DNA of 64,000 nt from Longimicrobiales bacterium (GTDB lineage: Bacteria; Gemmatimonadota; Gemmatimonadetes; Longimicrobiales; Gaopeijiaceae): contig CBDDCX010000008.1 of assembly GCA_965226375.1 (NCBI GenBank), positions 896,001-960,000 of the forward strand. Reading direction: 5' to 3'. Every line of letters begins with the position of its first letter. Position 1 is the first letter of the stretch. The notes beneath the pieces were generated by a model, which did no database searches, was not told the origin of the DNA, and saw nothing but the letters and a program-made list of their open reading frames with translations. Positions 38,931-49,287 of this stretch are shown here, piece by piece. Position numbers and translations under genes: made by a program.

Positions 38931-39359
38931 ATGAGCTTTCTGGGCAGGTACGAGTACCAACTGGACCAGAAGGGGCGGGTCAGCCTGCCCTCGGCGTTTC
39001 GCCGGGAGGCTGAAGGCGACCGCTTCGTCCTGCTCCAGTGGAAGGCACCTGCCCTCACGCTCTTCCCCCGGCAGGCATGGGCCCAGACCCAGGAGAGATT
39101 GCTCACCTTCCGACGAAACCAGCCCGAGGCCTGGGGAGACGTGCTGGCCATCGCGGCGAGCGCTGTGGAGGTCAGCCCCGACAAGCAGGGACGGATTCTC
39201 ATTCCTGCGTGGTTGCAGGAGGCGGCGAGCCTGGGAGGAAGCGTTCTGCTCGTCGGCAACATCGACCGTGTGGAGCTCTGGAACCCGACGCGCTTCGATG
39301 AGGCGGTCCAGACGGGAACCGGGGAATTCGAGAAGTTCTCAAACCAGATCTTCGGGTGA
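38931..39359 (+). CDS. mraZ: Transcriptional regulator MraZ
   Basis: LDQKGRVSLP and DKQGRILIP duplicated motifs, VELW. Confidence 0.93.
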   Translation: MSFLGRYEYQLDQKGRVSLPSAFRREAEGDRFVLLQWKAPALTLFPRQAWAQTQERLLTFRRNQPEAWGDVLAIAASAVEVSPDKQGRILIPAWLQEAASLGGSVLLVGNIDRVELWNPTRFDEAVQTGTGEFEKFSNQIFG

Positions 39360-39362
39360 TTC

Positions 39363-40337
39363 GTGGCCCTTATCATGCGAGCCGCTGAAGCGGTCACCCA
39401 ACGGGCGGAGCATCGAGTGCGATATCACGAGCCGGTAATGGCGGCCGAGGTGTTGGAGCTGATGGGGCCGTCCGGATCAGGCCTCTACCTGGATGGCACC
39501 GTAGGCGGAGGTGGACATTCCCGCCTGCTGCTCGAGAAGTGCACCGAGTGCCGTGTCGTCGCGGTGGACCGCGATCCCGAGGCATTGGCTGCTTCAAAGG
39601 TTGCTCTGGCCCCGTTCGGTGGACGAGTCCGCTTCGTGCAGACGCGCTTCGATGAAGCGGTGGACGAGGCGGGTCTCCTCGAGCCCCTCGCCGGGGCGCT
39701 ACTCGACCTGGGTGTGAGCTCGCATCAACTCGACGCGGACGAGAGGGGTTTCACCTTCCGCCGTGACGTCGACCTGGACATGCGCATGGCGGGGGATGAA
39801 GAGGAGGTCCCGACCGCGGCCCAACTGCTGAACGAGGCCAACGAGGGGGACTTGGCCCGAATCTTCCATGAGTACGGAGAGGAGCCTCGGGCACGTCGGC
39901 TGGCTCGGGAGATCGTGAGCCGCCGGGGAGCGGCACCCTTCCGGACAAGCGACGACCTGGTAGCAGCCTACTCCAAAGCACTGGGACGGGCGCCCAAGGC
40001 TAAGGAGAAGGCAAGGATCTTCCAGGCATTGAGAATCGCAGTGAACAGTGAGTTGGAGGCATTGGAGCACGGTCTTACCAGGATCGGGGAGGCGCTGGCT
40101 TCCGGAGCGACCTTGGTCGTGATCTCATATCACTCGCTCGAGGATCGGCTGGTAAAGAACGCCTTCCGAGAGTGGAGCCGCTCCTGTGTGTGCCCGCCGG
40201 GTATTCCGCTGTGTACGTGCCGCGGAGAGCCTCTGGGCAAAAGCCTCACCCGTACCCCTCTTTGTCCGGGCGACATCGAGGTGGCTCGCAACCCAAGAGC
40301 CCGCAGCGCCCGCCTGAGGGCCTGGAGAAAATCGTGA
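39363..40337 (+). CDS. rsmH: 16S rRNA C1402 N4-methyltransferase
   Basis: DGTVGGGGHS, DLGVSSHQLD, FQALRIAVN, YHSLEDR, NPRARSA. Confidence 0.96.
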   Translation: MALIMRAAEAVTQRAEHRVRYHEPVMAAEVLELMGPSGSGLYLDGTVGGGGHSRLLLEKCTECRVVAVDRDPEALAASKVALAPFGGRVRFVQTRFDEAVDEAGLLEPLAGALLDLGVSSHQLDADERGFTFRRDVDLDMRMAGDEEEVPTAAQLLNEANEGDLARIFHEYGEEPRARRLAREIVSRRGAAPFRTSDDLVAAYSKALGRAPKAKEKARIFQALRIAVNSELEALEHGLTRIGEALASGATLVVISYHSLEDRLVKNAFREWSRSCVCPPGIPLCTCRGEPLGKSLTRTPLCPGDIEVARNPRARSARLRAWRKS

Positions 40338-40660
40338 GGCGACGTCGGCGGCAGCGCAGCTGTCAGCGCTCCTGTCAGCGCTCCTGGGGCGCACCCAGCC
40401 TCCTCGCGCTCGGATTCGCCGCTCTTCTGGCCTCTCTGAGCCTGGTGACGTGGCGCCAGAGTCGGGCATTCGAGGCCCTGGCGGCTCTGGACGAGGTACA
40501 GCGCGAACTGTCACTCGCAACCGCGGAGCAGACCGAGCTCCAGCGCCGCATCCAACGGCTCGAGAGCCGGACGCGTGTGTCGATCGTGGCGGTAGAGCGT
40601 CTGGGCATGCATCAGCCCGAGGCGTCTGAAATGGTGCTGCTCAGTGGGGGATCCCCATGA
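40334..40660 (+). CDS. ftsL: Cell division protein FtsL-like
   Basis: Between rsmH and ftsI; TM plus coiled coil, A.ERLGM. Confidence 0.75.
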   Translation: MRRRRRQRSCQRSCQRSWGAPSLLALGFAALLASLSLVTWRQSRAFEALAALDEVQRELSLATAEQTELQRRIQRLESRTRVSIVAVERLGMHQPEASEMVLLSGGSP

Positions 40661-42687
40661 GGCGTCGGCGTAAGCAGGCACGCTCCAGGGTGACGTTCCG
40701 TCGCCGGGTTCTCCTGACCGTGTGGCTCGTCGCGGGAGGCGTCGTGGTCGGACGCGCCTCACAGATTCAGGTTGCTCAAGGAGCCACCTGGAGGCAGCAG
40801 GCCGACCAACAACACCGCACCAGCGTTAAGGTACCGGCCCCTCGTGGGTCCGTCTTCGATCGTTCGGGGGTCGAGCTGGCACTTAGTCGGGAGACCTTCA
40901 AGGTAAGCGTGGCTCCGCACGAGATTCGCGATGTCGAGGCCGTGACTCGGCTCCTGGTAGAGACGTTGGGGCTCGACCCTGGCGTGGTGCGAGACGCCAC
41001 GACGTCGACGAGGCCGTGGCGGGTCCTGCCGAAGTCCTATCCTCCCTCGGTACGGGAAGCGCTGACGGATGTTCGCGGTCTCTATCTGGAGCGCGAGCAC
41101 CGTCGTTTCTACCCGCGCGGTGATTTGGCGCGCGCGCTCCTCGGTCTGGTGCGGGATGGCGAGGCGTACGGCGGAGTCGAGCAGGCCTTCGACGAGTCGC
41201 TTCGGGGCAGAGAGGGAAACGCCGTCTTGGCGCGTGATCCTCTCGGCCAGCCCATCCCGGGCGAGAGCGTTGTGCTCAAGCAACCCGAAGAGGGTGGTCA
41301 GGTCGTGCTCACCCTCGACGTGGATCTGCAGGAGATCGGCCGTAGAGCCCTCGCAGAGGCGGTTCAGGAGACCGAAGCCCATGGCGGAGACCTGGTCATC
41401 ACGGACCCTCGCACCGGGGACATCCTGGCCATGGTCTCCATAAGGGATGGGTCCACGAACGCACTGTCGGCGATCAACACCCCCTACGAGCCCGGTTCCA
41501 CCCTCAAGCCCTTCACGGTTGCCGGCCTGCTCCAGCACGATCTCGCGACCCTCGATGACAGCGTCGACACAGGGACCGGTCACTGGACCGTCGAAGGTCG
41601 GACCGTAAGCGATGTGCACCCCCAGGGTGGCGCCATGACCCTGGCCCACGCCCTCGAGATTTCCTCGAACGTGGGTGTGGCGAAGGCCGCGCAGGCCCTG
41701 TCTCCGGCCGTCCAGTACCAGACTCTGCGGGACTTCGGACTCGGGGCGCCGACCGGAGTGGGGTTGCCCGGCGAAAGCAGGGGAACGCTTCGACGCCCTG
41801 AGGACTGGAGTCGTCAGTCCCCGGTCTCTCTGGCCATCGGTTACGAGGTGTCCGTGACACCACTGCAGATGGCCATGGCGTACGGAGCTCTGGCCAACGG
41901 CGGCCGCCTCATGCAGCCCCGGCTCGTGAAGGAGGTTCGCGACGCCCAGGGCCGGACCGTGGAGCGTTTCGAGCCACGGATGGTTCGGCAGGTCGTATCG
42001 CCTGAAGTCACTCGCAAGATCGCGGAGGTGCTCGTCAACGTGGTGGAGGACGGTACCGGCACACGCGCGCGGCTCGGCACGTTCGCGGTGGCCGGAAAGA
42101 GCGGTACGAGTCGGGCGTGGTCCGACGGGGCCTATCAGTCGGGTGACTATTTCTCCTCGTTCGCAGGCTTCTTCCCGGCCGAGGATCCTCAGCTGGTGGT
42201 CCTGGTCAAGCTGGATCGGCCCAGCGGCGCGTACTACGGCGGGGCCACCGCCGCTCCCGTGACTCGGGCCACACTGCAGGCGATTCTTGCCGCTCAACAG
42301 ACACCGCTGGACCGCAACGCGTTGGCACGGGTCGCACGGGCTCAGGCGCTCCCGGCCGGGTCCGAGGCCGTGAGCTCGAACAGGGCGACATCACCCACAC
42401 GATTTGCGTCTCTTTCCCCGGTCGAGGATCCGGTACAGCTCCCCCGACTGGAGTGGGGAGCGGCCGTCCCGGCGGATCGGGCGACGGCCGGCACCGCAGG
42501 CATCAGTGTTCCGGATGTTACGGGATTGTCGGCCCGAGCCGCGGTCCGGCGGATGCACGAACTGGGTTTGCGTGTGCGTTGGGAAGGCTCCGGTCCTGTG
42601 ACCTTTGTGCGTCCCGCAGCAGGATCATGGCTATCGCCGGGAGACACTGTGAGCCTCTCATCGCGGGGACGGAGCGGAGATGGCTAG
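40657..42687 (+). CDS. ftsI: Penicillin-binding protein 3 with PASTA domain
   Basis: EPGSTLK, SSN, GKSGT; C-terminal VPDVTG. Confidence 0.92.
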   Translation: MRRRRKQARSRVTFRRRVLLTVWLVAGGVVVGRASQIQVAQGATWRQQADQQHRTSVKVPAPRGSVFDRSGVELALSRETFKVSVAPHEIRDVEAVTRLLVETLGLDPGVVRDATTSTRPWRVLPKSYPPSVREALTDVRGLYLEREHRRFYPRGDLARALLGLVRDGEAYGGVEQAFDESLRGREGNAVLARDPLGQPIPGESVVLKQPEEGGQVVLTLDVDLQEIGRRALAEAVQETEAHGGDLVITDPRTGDILAMVSIRDGSTNALSAINTPYEPGSTLKPFTVAGLLQHDLATLDDSVDTGTGHWTVEGRTVSDVHPQGGAMTLAHALEISSNVGVAKAAQALSPAVQYQTLRDFGLGAPTGVGLPGESRGTLRRPEDWSRQSPVSLAIGYEVSVTPLQMAMAYGALANGGRLMQPRLVKEVRDAQGRTVERFEPRMVRQVVSPEVTRKIAEVLVNVVEDGTGTRARLGTFAVAGKSGTSRAWSDGAYQSGDYFSSFAGFFPAEDPQLVVLVKLDRPSGAYYGGATAAPVTRATLQAILAAQQTPLDRNALARVARAQALPAGSEAVSSNRATSPTRFASLSPVEDPVQLPRLEWGAAVPADRATAGTAGISVPDVTGLSARAAVRRMHELGLRVRWEGSGPVTFVRPAAGSWLSPGDTVSLSSRGRSGDG

Positions 42688-44164
42688 CGCTCCCACTACC
42701 CTCGCGTCGGTCGCGCGAGTCCTCCGGACTGCGGGTCTCATCGATGAGCTCCATGGTCCGGAGGACGTCGCCGTTTCGGGAGTTACCCAAGACTCCCGGT
42801 CCGTGCAGGCCGGTGATCTGTTCCTTGCGTGGCATGGATCCGAGTGGGATGCCCACAACTTCGTGGCGCCAGCCGCACGAGCCGGGGCCGTAGCCGCTGT
42901 GGTAGAGCGCCACGTGCCGGAGGCCGAGATCCCTCAGCTGCAGGTGTCGGACGGACGACGTGCCGCCGCTCTGGCCGCCGACACGATTTTCGGATCTCCA
43001 TGGGAGCGGCTCTTCACTGTCGGGATTACCGGAACGAACGGGAAGACGACCACGGCGCTCATCACCCGTCATCTCCTTGAAGGCTCGGGATCGGCGGTCG
43101 CTGTCGGCACCCTCGGATTGGTGGACGCCGACGGTTCCGTGCGGGCCGGAACAGAGGGGCTCACGACCCCCGGGCCGGTCCAGCTGTCTCATTGGCTCAG
43201 CGGGCTGGTGGAAGAGGGGGTCGACTTCGTGGCCGTCGAGGCCTCTTCCCACGCGCTTGAGCAGAGACGGCTCGACGGCATGCGCTTCGATGCCGCCGTA
43301 TTCACCAACCTCTCTCAGGATCACCTGGACTATCACCCCGACATGGCGAGCTACCTCGGAGCCAAGTCTCACCTGCTGGACCTGGTCAAGGACGACGGTC
43401 TGACCGTCGTCAACGCCGACGCGGACGACTGGCGGTCGCTTCCCCTGGAGGGACGCCGCTCGTTGACCTACGGAGTGAACTCTTCTGCGGATCTGAGGGC
43501 CGAGGCCCTGGTACCTGAGCCGCACGGAACGCGGTTCCGCATCTCCCTGGCCGACCGAGGTGCAGAGGTGAACCTCCCGCTCCTCGGGCGCTTCAATGTC
43601 GAGAACTCGTTGGCCGCCGCGGGAGCGGGTACGGCGGCTGGTATGGATGTCGAGGCGATCGCCGCCCGGCTTGAAACGGTCCCGCAGGTTCCGGGGCGCC
43701 TCGAGATCGTGGCCAGGGAGCCGTTCTCCATCCTCATCGACTTTGCCCACACTGCCGAGGCGCTACGTAGCGTGCTGGCCACGCTCCGTCCGCTGGTATC
43801 CGGCCGGATCATCGTGGTCTTCGGTGCCGGCGGCGATCGGGATCGGGGCAAGCGGCCCGAGATGGGGGCCGTGGTCGCCCGGGGTGCCGACTTGGCCGTG
43901 GTCACGTCCGACAATCCGCGGACCGAGGATCCCGAGTCGATCATCGACCAAGTCATCGCGGGGATGGCGGGTTCTCGTCATGAGCGCCAGGCCGACCGGC
44001 GGGAGGCCATCCGCATGGCTCTTGCCGAGGCTCGTGACGGAGACCTGGTCCTTCTCGCCGGCAAAGGCCACGAGAGCTATCAGGTGATCGGTACCGAGAG
44101 CCGTCCCTTCGATGAGCGTCGCGTGGTCCAGGAGAGCCTGGCCGAGCTCGGAGGAGCGGCATGA
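42680..44164 (+). CDS. murE: UDP-MurNAc-tripeptide synthetase (mDAP ligase)
   Basis: GITGTNGKTT, EASSH, DHLDYH, SDNPR, GKGHE. Confidence 0.95.
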   Translation: MASAPTTLASVARVLRTAGLIDELHGPEDVAVSGVTQDSRSVQAGDLFLAWHGSEWDAHNFVAPAARAGAVAAVVERHVPEAEIPQLQVSDGRRAAALAADTIFGSPWERLFTVGITGTNGKTTTALITRHLLEGSGSAVAVGTLGLVDADGSVRAGTEGLTTPGPVQLSHWLSGLVEEGVDFVAVEASSHALEQRRLDGMRFDAAVFTNLSQDHLDYHPDMASYLGAKSHLLDLVKDDGLTVVNADADDWRSLPLEGRRSLTYGVNSSADLRAEALVPEPHGTRFRISLADRGAEVNLPLLGRFNVENSLAAAGAGTAAGMDVEAIAARLETVPQVPGRLEIVAREPFSILIDFAHTAEALRSVLATLRPLVSGRIIVVFGAGGDRDRGKRPEMGAVVARGADLAVVTSDNPRTEDPESIIDQVIAGMAGSRHERQADRREAIRMALAEARDGDLVLLAGKGHESYQVIGTESRPFDERRVVQESLAELGGAA

Positions 44165-45600
44165 CGCGCGGCTTCGCTTGGACCGATGGTCATGTCAGGG
44201 CTGCACTGGGCCTGTCCGCGGTCGACGCCACGAACCCCGGCCTCGCGTCCGGCGCGGACGATGGCACCCTTCGCTTCGAAGGCGTGTCGACGGATAGCCG
44301 GACGGCTCGCGAGGGCGATCTGTTCGTGGCGCTGGAAGGCGAGAACTTCGACGGTCACGAATACGTGATCGCCGCTCTGGAGCGCGGTGCACGAGGAGCG
44401 GTCGTCTCACGGGACATCGAGGTGGCGGGTGATGCTCCGTTCTATCCCGTCGACGACACCCTACACGCGTTGGGCCGGTTGGCAGGCTATCGCCGCGCAC
44501 GCCTCAGCGCTGCCGTTGTCGGCATCACGGGATCATCCGGCAAGACCGCAACCAAGGATCTCACGGCCGCAGCGGTCGAGGGGTCGCGTAAACTTCACGC
44601 TACACGTGGGAACTTCAACAACCGTGTGGGATTGCCTCTCACGTTGCTCGACGCGCCCGACGATGTGGAGGTCGTGGTGTTGGAGATGGGTACCAATGAA
44701 CCCGGTGAGATCCGTGCCCTCACGGAGATCGCCGGACCTGAGATCGGTGTCGTCACAACCATCTCCGAGACGCACATCGAGAAGCTGGAGTCGTTGGAGG
44801 GTGTGCTCAACGAGAAGCTGGACCTGCTCCGGGGACTCCCCCAGGACGGGAAGGCGGTTGTGGGTGACGAGCCGTTGATCCTGCCAGACGGAGCACGGCG
44901 AGTGCGCCCGCGGGTCCGGGTGGCCGGGTGGGGTGACCGGGCGGACCCGGCCCTCCAGCCGGACGCCGCGACCATGGATGACCAGGGCCGCTGGAGCTTC
45001 CTGTGGCACGGAGAGCCCGTTCGGCTGCAGGTGCCGGGCCGACACTCGGTCGTCAACGCCATTTTCGCACTGACAGTGGCGGACATGCTGGACATCCCGG
45101 CAGCGGAAGCGGCCAGGGGAGTCGGCACCGTCGAGGTTGGCTCCATGCGCGGTGAGACCCGACAGCTTGGTGGACTGACCCTGCTCCTGGACTGCTACAA
45201 CGCGAATCCGCAGAGCACCCGGGCCGCGTTGGACCTGCTCTTGGCCATCGAGCCCCAGCGCCCAAAGGTGGCTTTTCTGGGAAGCATGTTGGAGCTGGGA
45301 AGCCGCAGCGAGGAAATCCACGCGGCCCTTCTCGCCGAGGCCGCGACCATGAAGCTGGATCTGCTGGTGGCTACGGGCGATTTCGCCGATGCCGCGGAGC
45401 GGATGACGTCTACGCTCGGCGACTCCGCGTCGATCGCCGTCTTGGATCCGATCGACGCGTATAGGGAGCTCAAGGGCCGGCTGAACGGCAACGAAGTGGT
45501 CCTTATCAAGGCGTCGCGGGGATTCGCCCTGGAGCGAGTGATTCCGGAGTTCGAGCGGGACTTCGGCGCTGCGGTTCTGCAAGGCGGGACGGAGGCCTGA
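44161..45600 (+). CDS. murF: UDP-MurNAc-tripeptide--D-Ala-D-Ala ligase
   Basis: TGSSGKT, NFNNRVG, DCYNANP, MLELG, KASRG. Confidence 0.95.
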   Translation: MTRGFAWTDGHVRAALGLSAVDATNPGLASGADDGTLRFEGVSTDSRTAREGDLFVALEGENFDGHEYVIAALERGARGAVVSRDIEVAGDAPFYPVDDTLHALGRLAGYRRARLSAAVVGITGSSGKTATKDLTAAAVEGSRKLHATRGNFNNRVGLPLTLLDAPDDVEVVVLEMGTNEPGEIRALTEIAGPEIGVVTTISETHIEKLESLEGVLNEKLDLLRGLPQDGKAVVGDEPLILPDGARRVRPRVRVAGWGDRADPALQPDAATMDDQGRWSFLWHGEPVRLQVPGRHSVVNAIFALTVADMLDIPAAEAARGVGTVEVGSMRGETRQLGGLTLLLDCYNANPQSTRAALDLLLAIEPQRPKVAFLGSMLELGSRSEEIHAALLAEAATMKLDLLVATGDFADAAERMTSTLGDSASIAVLDPIDAYRELKGRLNGNEVVLIKASRGFALERVIPEFERDFGAAVLQGGTEA

Positions 45601-46706
45601 TGCTCTATCATCTGCTTCCCGGCCTGGCAGACGTCCACATCGTCTTCAACCTCTTCCGCTTCATCACGTTCAGAGCGGCCGGCGCTCTGGTCACGTCGCT
45701 GGTACTCGCCTTCCTGCTGGGGCCCGTGACCATTCGAGCCCTCACACGGCTTCGGGTCGGTCAGGTCGTCCGTGCCGAAGGTCCGGCGACTCACCTCAGC
45801 AAGGCCGGGACGCCGACCATGGGTGGTGTCTTGATCATCGTGGCTACGGCTCTCTCCACTTTGCTCTGGGCCGATCTCACGAACTGGTACACGGTGCTGG
45901 CGCTCCTGACACTGGTGTCGATGGGTGGCATCGGCTTCATGGACGACTACCTGAAAGTGGTCCAGGGTCGCACCGCCGGCCTCGTGGCCTGCTACAAGAT
46001 GATGGGCCAGTGGGCCTTCGGTCTGGGTCTCGGGCTGTTCCTGCTGTTGAACCCGATCTCTCCGGTGGATCCGAATCGGACGATGTTGCCGTTCTTCTCG
46101 GATCTCTCGCTCGTCTTTGCTCCGTGGGCCTATGTGATCTTCGTCGCTTTCGTGATCTCGGGAAGCTCCAACGCGGTGAACATCACGGACGGCCTCGACG
46201 GCCTCGCCGCAGGATTGACGGCCATCGCCGCCGCCACCTTCGGGATCTTTGCATACCTCCTGGGCCGGGTCGACAGCTCCGCCTACCTGGGTCTGTTCTA
46301 CCTCCCCGGGGCGGGCGAGCTCACCATCCTGGCCCTTGGGCTCACGGGGGGATGTCTGGGCTTCCTGTGGTACAACGGCCACCCGGCCGAGGTCTTCATG
46401 GGCGACACGGGGTCGTTGGCGCTAGGCGGTGTGATCGGCGCCATGGCGATCCTGCTCAAGGCCGAATTCCTCCTCGTAATCGTGGGCGCCGTCTTCGTAG
46501 TCGAAGCCGTCTCGGTAATGCTCCAGGTCGGCTACTTCCGACACACATCACGCAAGTACGGCACGGGGAGGCGGCTCTTCAGGATGGCTCCGCTCCACCA
46601 CCACTTCGAGCAGTTGGGCTGGCCCGAGAGCAAGGTGGTCGTGCGGTTTTGGATCATGGGTATCCTGTCGGCCATGGTCGCCTTCAGCGCCCTCAAGATC
46701 AGGTGA
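45600..46706 (+). CDS. mraY: Phospho-MurNAc-pentapeptide transferase
   Basis: KAGTPTMGG, DDY, NITDGLDGL, FMGDTGS, MAPLHHHFE. Confidence 0.97.
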   Translation: MLYHLLPGLADVHIVFNLFRFITFRAAGALVTSLVLAFLLGPVTIRALTRLRVGQVVRAEGPATHLSKAGTPTMGGVLIIVATALSTLLWADLTNWYTVLALLTLVSMGGIGFMDDYLKVVQGRTAGLVACYKMMGQWAFGLGLGLFLLLNPISPVDPNRTMLPFFSDLSLVFAPWAYVIFVAFVISGSSNAVNITDGLDGLAAGLTAIAAATFGIFAYLLGRVDSSAYLGLFYLPGAGELTILALGLTGGCLGFLWYNGHPAEVFMGDTGSLALGGVIGAMAILLKAEFLLVIVGAVFVVEAVSVMLQVGYFRHTSRKYGTGRRLFRMAPLHHHFEQLGWPESKVVVRFWIMGILSAMVAFSALKIR

Positions 46707-48103
46707 GGAACGGAACGTTGGACAGCTTGGTCGGCGAGCACATCGCCGTGGTGGGTCTGGCCGCGTCTGGAAGGGCAGCGGCTCGTCTGGCACTCGAAAA
46801 GGGAGGTAGTGTTCATGTCTCGGATTTGCGCAGCGACGCCGCAGCTCATGCTCGTGGAGACGAGCTCAGAAGTCTCGGTGTCGAGGTCGATCTCGGTATG
46901 CACCCCGTCGATCGAATCATCGCGGCGAGCACGGTCGTGGTCAGCCCTGGAATCCCCCCGGATGCTCCAGTGCTCAGAGAGCTCAAGGAGCGGGGCGTAC
47001 GATGGATCTCTGAGCCTGAGTTCGCCTTTCGCTTCTTCGATGGTCCACTGATCGTCGTGACTGGAACGAACGGCAAGACCACGACCGCGGCCCTGGTGGC
47101 ACACCTGCTCGAGAGTGATGGGCAGGATGTGGCTCTCGGCGGCAACATCGGCCAGGCGTTCGGACCTGCGGCCTCGGAGTTGGCGCTTCGTGACCGTGGC
47201 CCGGCGTGGTACGTGGTGGAGATGAGCTCGTTCCAGCTCGCGGGTATCGATCGGTTGCGCCCCGACATCGGGGTGATCACCAACCTGGCTCCGGACCACC
47301 TGGACCGGTACGGGTCCGTGGAGGACTACTACGCGGACAAGGCCAACCTCTTCCTCAACGCCGACGAGGACAGCCGCTGGGTGCTCAACGCCGACGACCC
47401 GGCTGTTCAAGACCTGGCCGGCGACGCACCGGGAGACCGCTACCTCTTCAGCACGCAGAAAACCGGCGTCCGAGGGGCGTACCTCGATCGAGGCGACCTG
47501 ACTCTGGAGATGGTGCCTGGCCAGAAAGAGACTCTGATTCCGGTCGATCGTCTCGGACTGCTGGGCTCCCACAATGTCGAAAACGCTCTGGCGGCTGCCA
47601 CGGTTGCCAGCCTGGCCCAGGCCTCCACGGCCGCCATCCAACGAGGTTTGGCTAGCGCCCGTTCCCTGCCACACCGTACTGAACAGGTGGCGGAGGGGAA
47701 GGGGATACGCTGGATCAACGACTCCAAGGCCACCAACGTGGCGGCCGCCGGCCGCGCGATCACCAGCCTGGAGGGGCCCCTCATTGTGCTGCTGGGTGGC
47801 AAAGACAAGGACGAGGACTTCTCTCCCCTCGCCTCGGCCCTGGTGGAGGTCGATGCACGCGTCTTAGCGTATGGCGAGGCCGGCCCCCGGATCGAGCAGG
47901 CCCTCACGGAGCAGGTGCAGGTCAAACTGATCGACGCCGACTTCGATCGGGTGATCGAGGCCGCAGCAGGCGCTGCGAGACCTGGGGACGTGGTGCTCCT
48001 CTCTCCGGCCTGCTCGAGCTTCGACATGTTCGAGAACTACGAAGAGCGTGGAGAGCGGTTCACCGAATTGGCTCGAGCCCATGCGACCGAGGGGGTCGGC
48101 TGA
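46703..48103 (+). CDS. murD: UDP-MurNAc-L-Ala--D-Glu ligase
   Basis: TGTNGKTT, EMSSFQL, NDSKATN, LSPACSSFD. Confidence 0.95.
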   Translation: MRNGTLDSLVGEHIAVVGLAASGRAAARLALEKGGSVHVSDLRSDAAAHARGDELRSLGVEVDLGMHPVDRIIAASTVVVSPGIPPDAPVLRELKERGVRWISEPEFAFRFFDGPLIVVTGTNGKTTTAALVAHLLESDGQDVALGGNIGQAFGPAASELALRDRGPAWYVVEMSSFQLAGIDRLRPDIGVITNLAPDHLDRYGSVEDYYADKANLFLNADEDSRWVLNADDPAVQDLAGDAPGDRYLFSTQKTGVRGAYLDRGDLTLEMVPGQKETLIPVDRLGLLGSHNVENALAAATVASLAQASTAAIQRGLASARSLPHRTEQVAEGKGIRWINDSKATNVAAAGRAITSLEGPLIVLLGGKDKDEDFSPLASALVEVDARVLAYGEAGPRIEQALTEQVQVKLIDADFDRVIEAAAGAARPGDVVLLSPACSSFDMFENYEERGERFTELARAHATEGVG

Positions 48104-49287
48104 TGGTCCGCCCCGTCGACGTCGCTCCGTCCGGACCGCTGGCGTTGCCGATTACGGGGTTGGGAAGAGGGTGGGAGCCCGCCGCCATCATGACGCTCAC
48201 CGTCGTCCTCCTGTCGTTGGGGTTGGTCACGCTCTATTCGGCCAGCGCGTTTCTCGCGCAGCGTCAGATGTTGCCGGACTACTACTACGTCATGCGGCAG
48301 GCCACGGGCGCCGCGATCGGCCTGAGCGCGTTGGGCCTCTGTGCATGGCTCCCGCATGATCTGTGGGAACGACTGGCGTGGCCCATGATCGTGGTGGCCT
48401 GGATTCTGTTGGTCATCCTTGTGCTTCCCGGTACCGAAGCAATCGCGCCCGAGATCAACGGAGCCCGTCGGTGGCTTCGGGTCGGCGTGACCCTCCAGCC
48501 CTCCGAGCTCGCCAAGATGGCGGTTCTCGTGTGGACGGCATCGCTGGCGGTCCGCAAGCAGGGTCACTTTCAGAGCCTGAAGCGGGGCCTGGTCCCCTTC
48601 CTCGTGGTCTGGGGGGCCGTCATGCTGCCCGTTGCCCTCGAGCCCGATCTCTCGACTGCGCTGGTGATCGGGATGCTGGGGTGTGTGGTCGTGTACGCCG
48701 CTGGGGCGCGGGTGGCCCACTTCGCGTTTCTCGGGCTGCTCGCGGCCCCGTTGATTTGGCGACAGCTCGCCGTGTCGTTTCGGGCCGAGCGTATCATGGC
48801 GTTCCTCGACCCCTCGGCGGACCCGGCCGGCGCCGGCTTCCAGGTGCACCAGTCGCTTCTCGCTCTCGGGTCCGGCGGGATCACCGGGGTAGGCTTCGGT
48901 CAGGGACGCCAGAAGCTCGGCTTTCTGCCCGAGGCCCACAACGACTTCATCTTCGCCATGATCGGCGAGGAGTGGGGGCTGGCCGGGGTGATCGTCACCG
49001 TAGTCCTATACATGCTCCTGGTTTTGGTGGGCTACCGCGTCGCCGCTCGGGCTCCGGACCTCTTCGGTCAGCTTCTCGCCACGGGAATCACCAGCATGAT
49101 CACCCTACAGGCGATTCTGCACATGTCGGTCGGGTTGAGTTTGGTCCCACCCACCGGCCTGGCTCTCCCGTTGGTCTCATATGGACGATCGAACCTGCTG
49201 GTCACCCTGGCGGCTCTGGGGATCCTCATGAGTATCTCTCGAGCCTGCGAACGCCCTCTCCCAGCCGTGAGGAGGGCCCGTGCATGA
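48103..49287 (+). CDS. ftsW: Peptidoglycan glycosyltransferase FtsW
   Basis: GARRW, QPSELAK, LPEAHNDFIFA, LPLVSYG. Confidence 0.95.
   Translation: MVRPVDVAPSGPLALPITGLGRGWEPAAIMTLTVVLLSLGLVTLYSASAFLAQRQMLPDYYYVMRQATGAAIGLSALGLCAWLPHDLWERLAWPMIVVAWILLVILVLPGTEAIAPEINGARRWLRVGVTLQPSELAKMAVLVWTASLAVRKQGHFQSLKRGLVPFLVVWGAVMLPVALEPDLSTALVIGMLGCVVVYAAGARVAHFAFLGLLAAPLIWRQLAVSFRAERIMAFLDPSADPAGAGFQVHQSLLALGSGGITGVGFGQGRQKLGFLPEAHNDFIFAMIGEEWGLAGVIVTVVLYMLLVLVGYRVAARAPDLFGQLLATGITSMITLQAILHMSVGLSLVPPTGLALPLVSYGRSNLLVTLAALGILMSISRACERPLPAVRRARA

Noticed and set aside
46010..46702. N-terminal extension of MurD (similarly 747-1091 for the NtrC protein and 4146-4499 for the ALDH)
   Set aside because: The murD and NtrC extensions overlap real upstream genes in another frame; in all three cases family similarity starts at the downstream start codon
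40759..47674. Long antisense ORFs (e.g. 40759-42297, 42518-43750, 45195-46382)
   Set aside because: Shadow frames of high-GC dcw genes with no recognisable motifs
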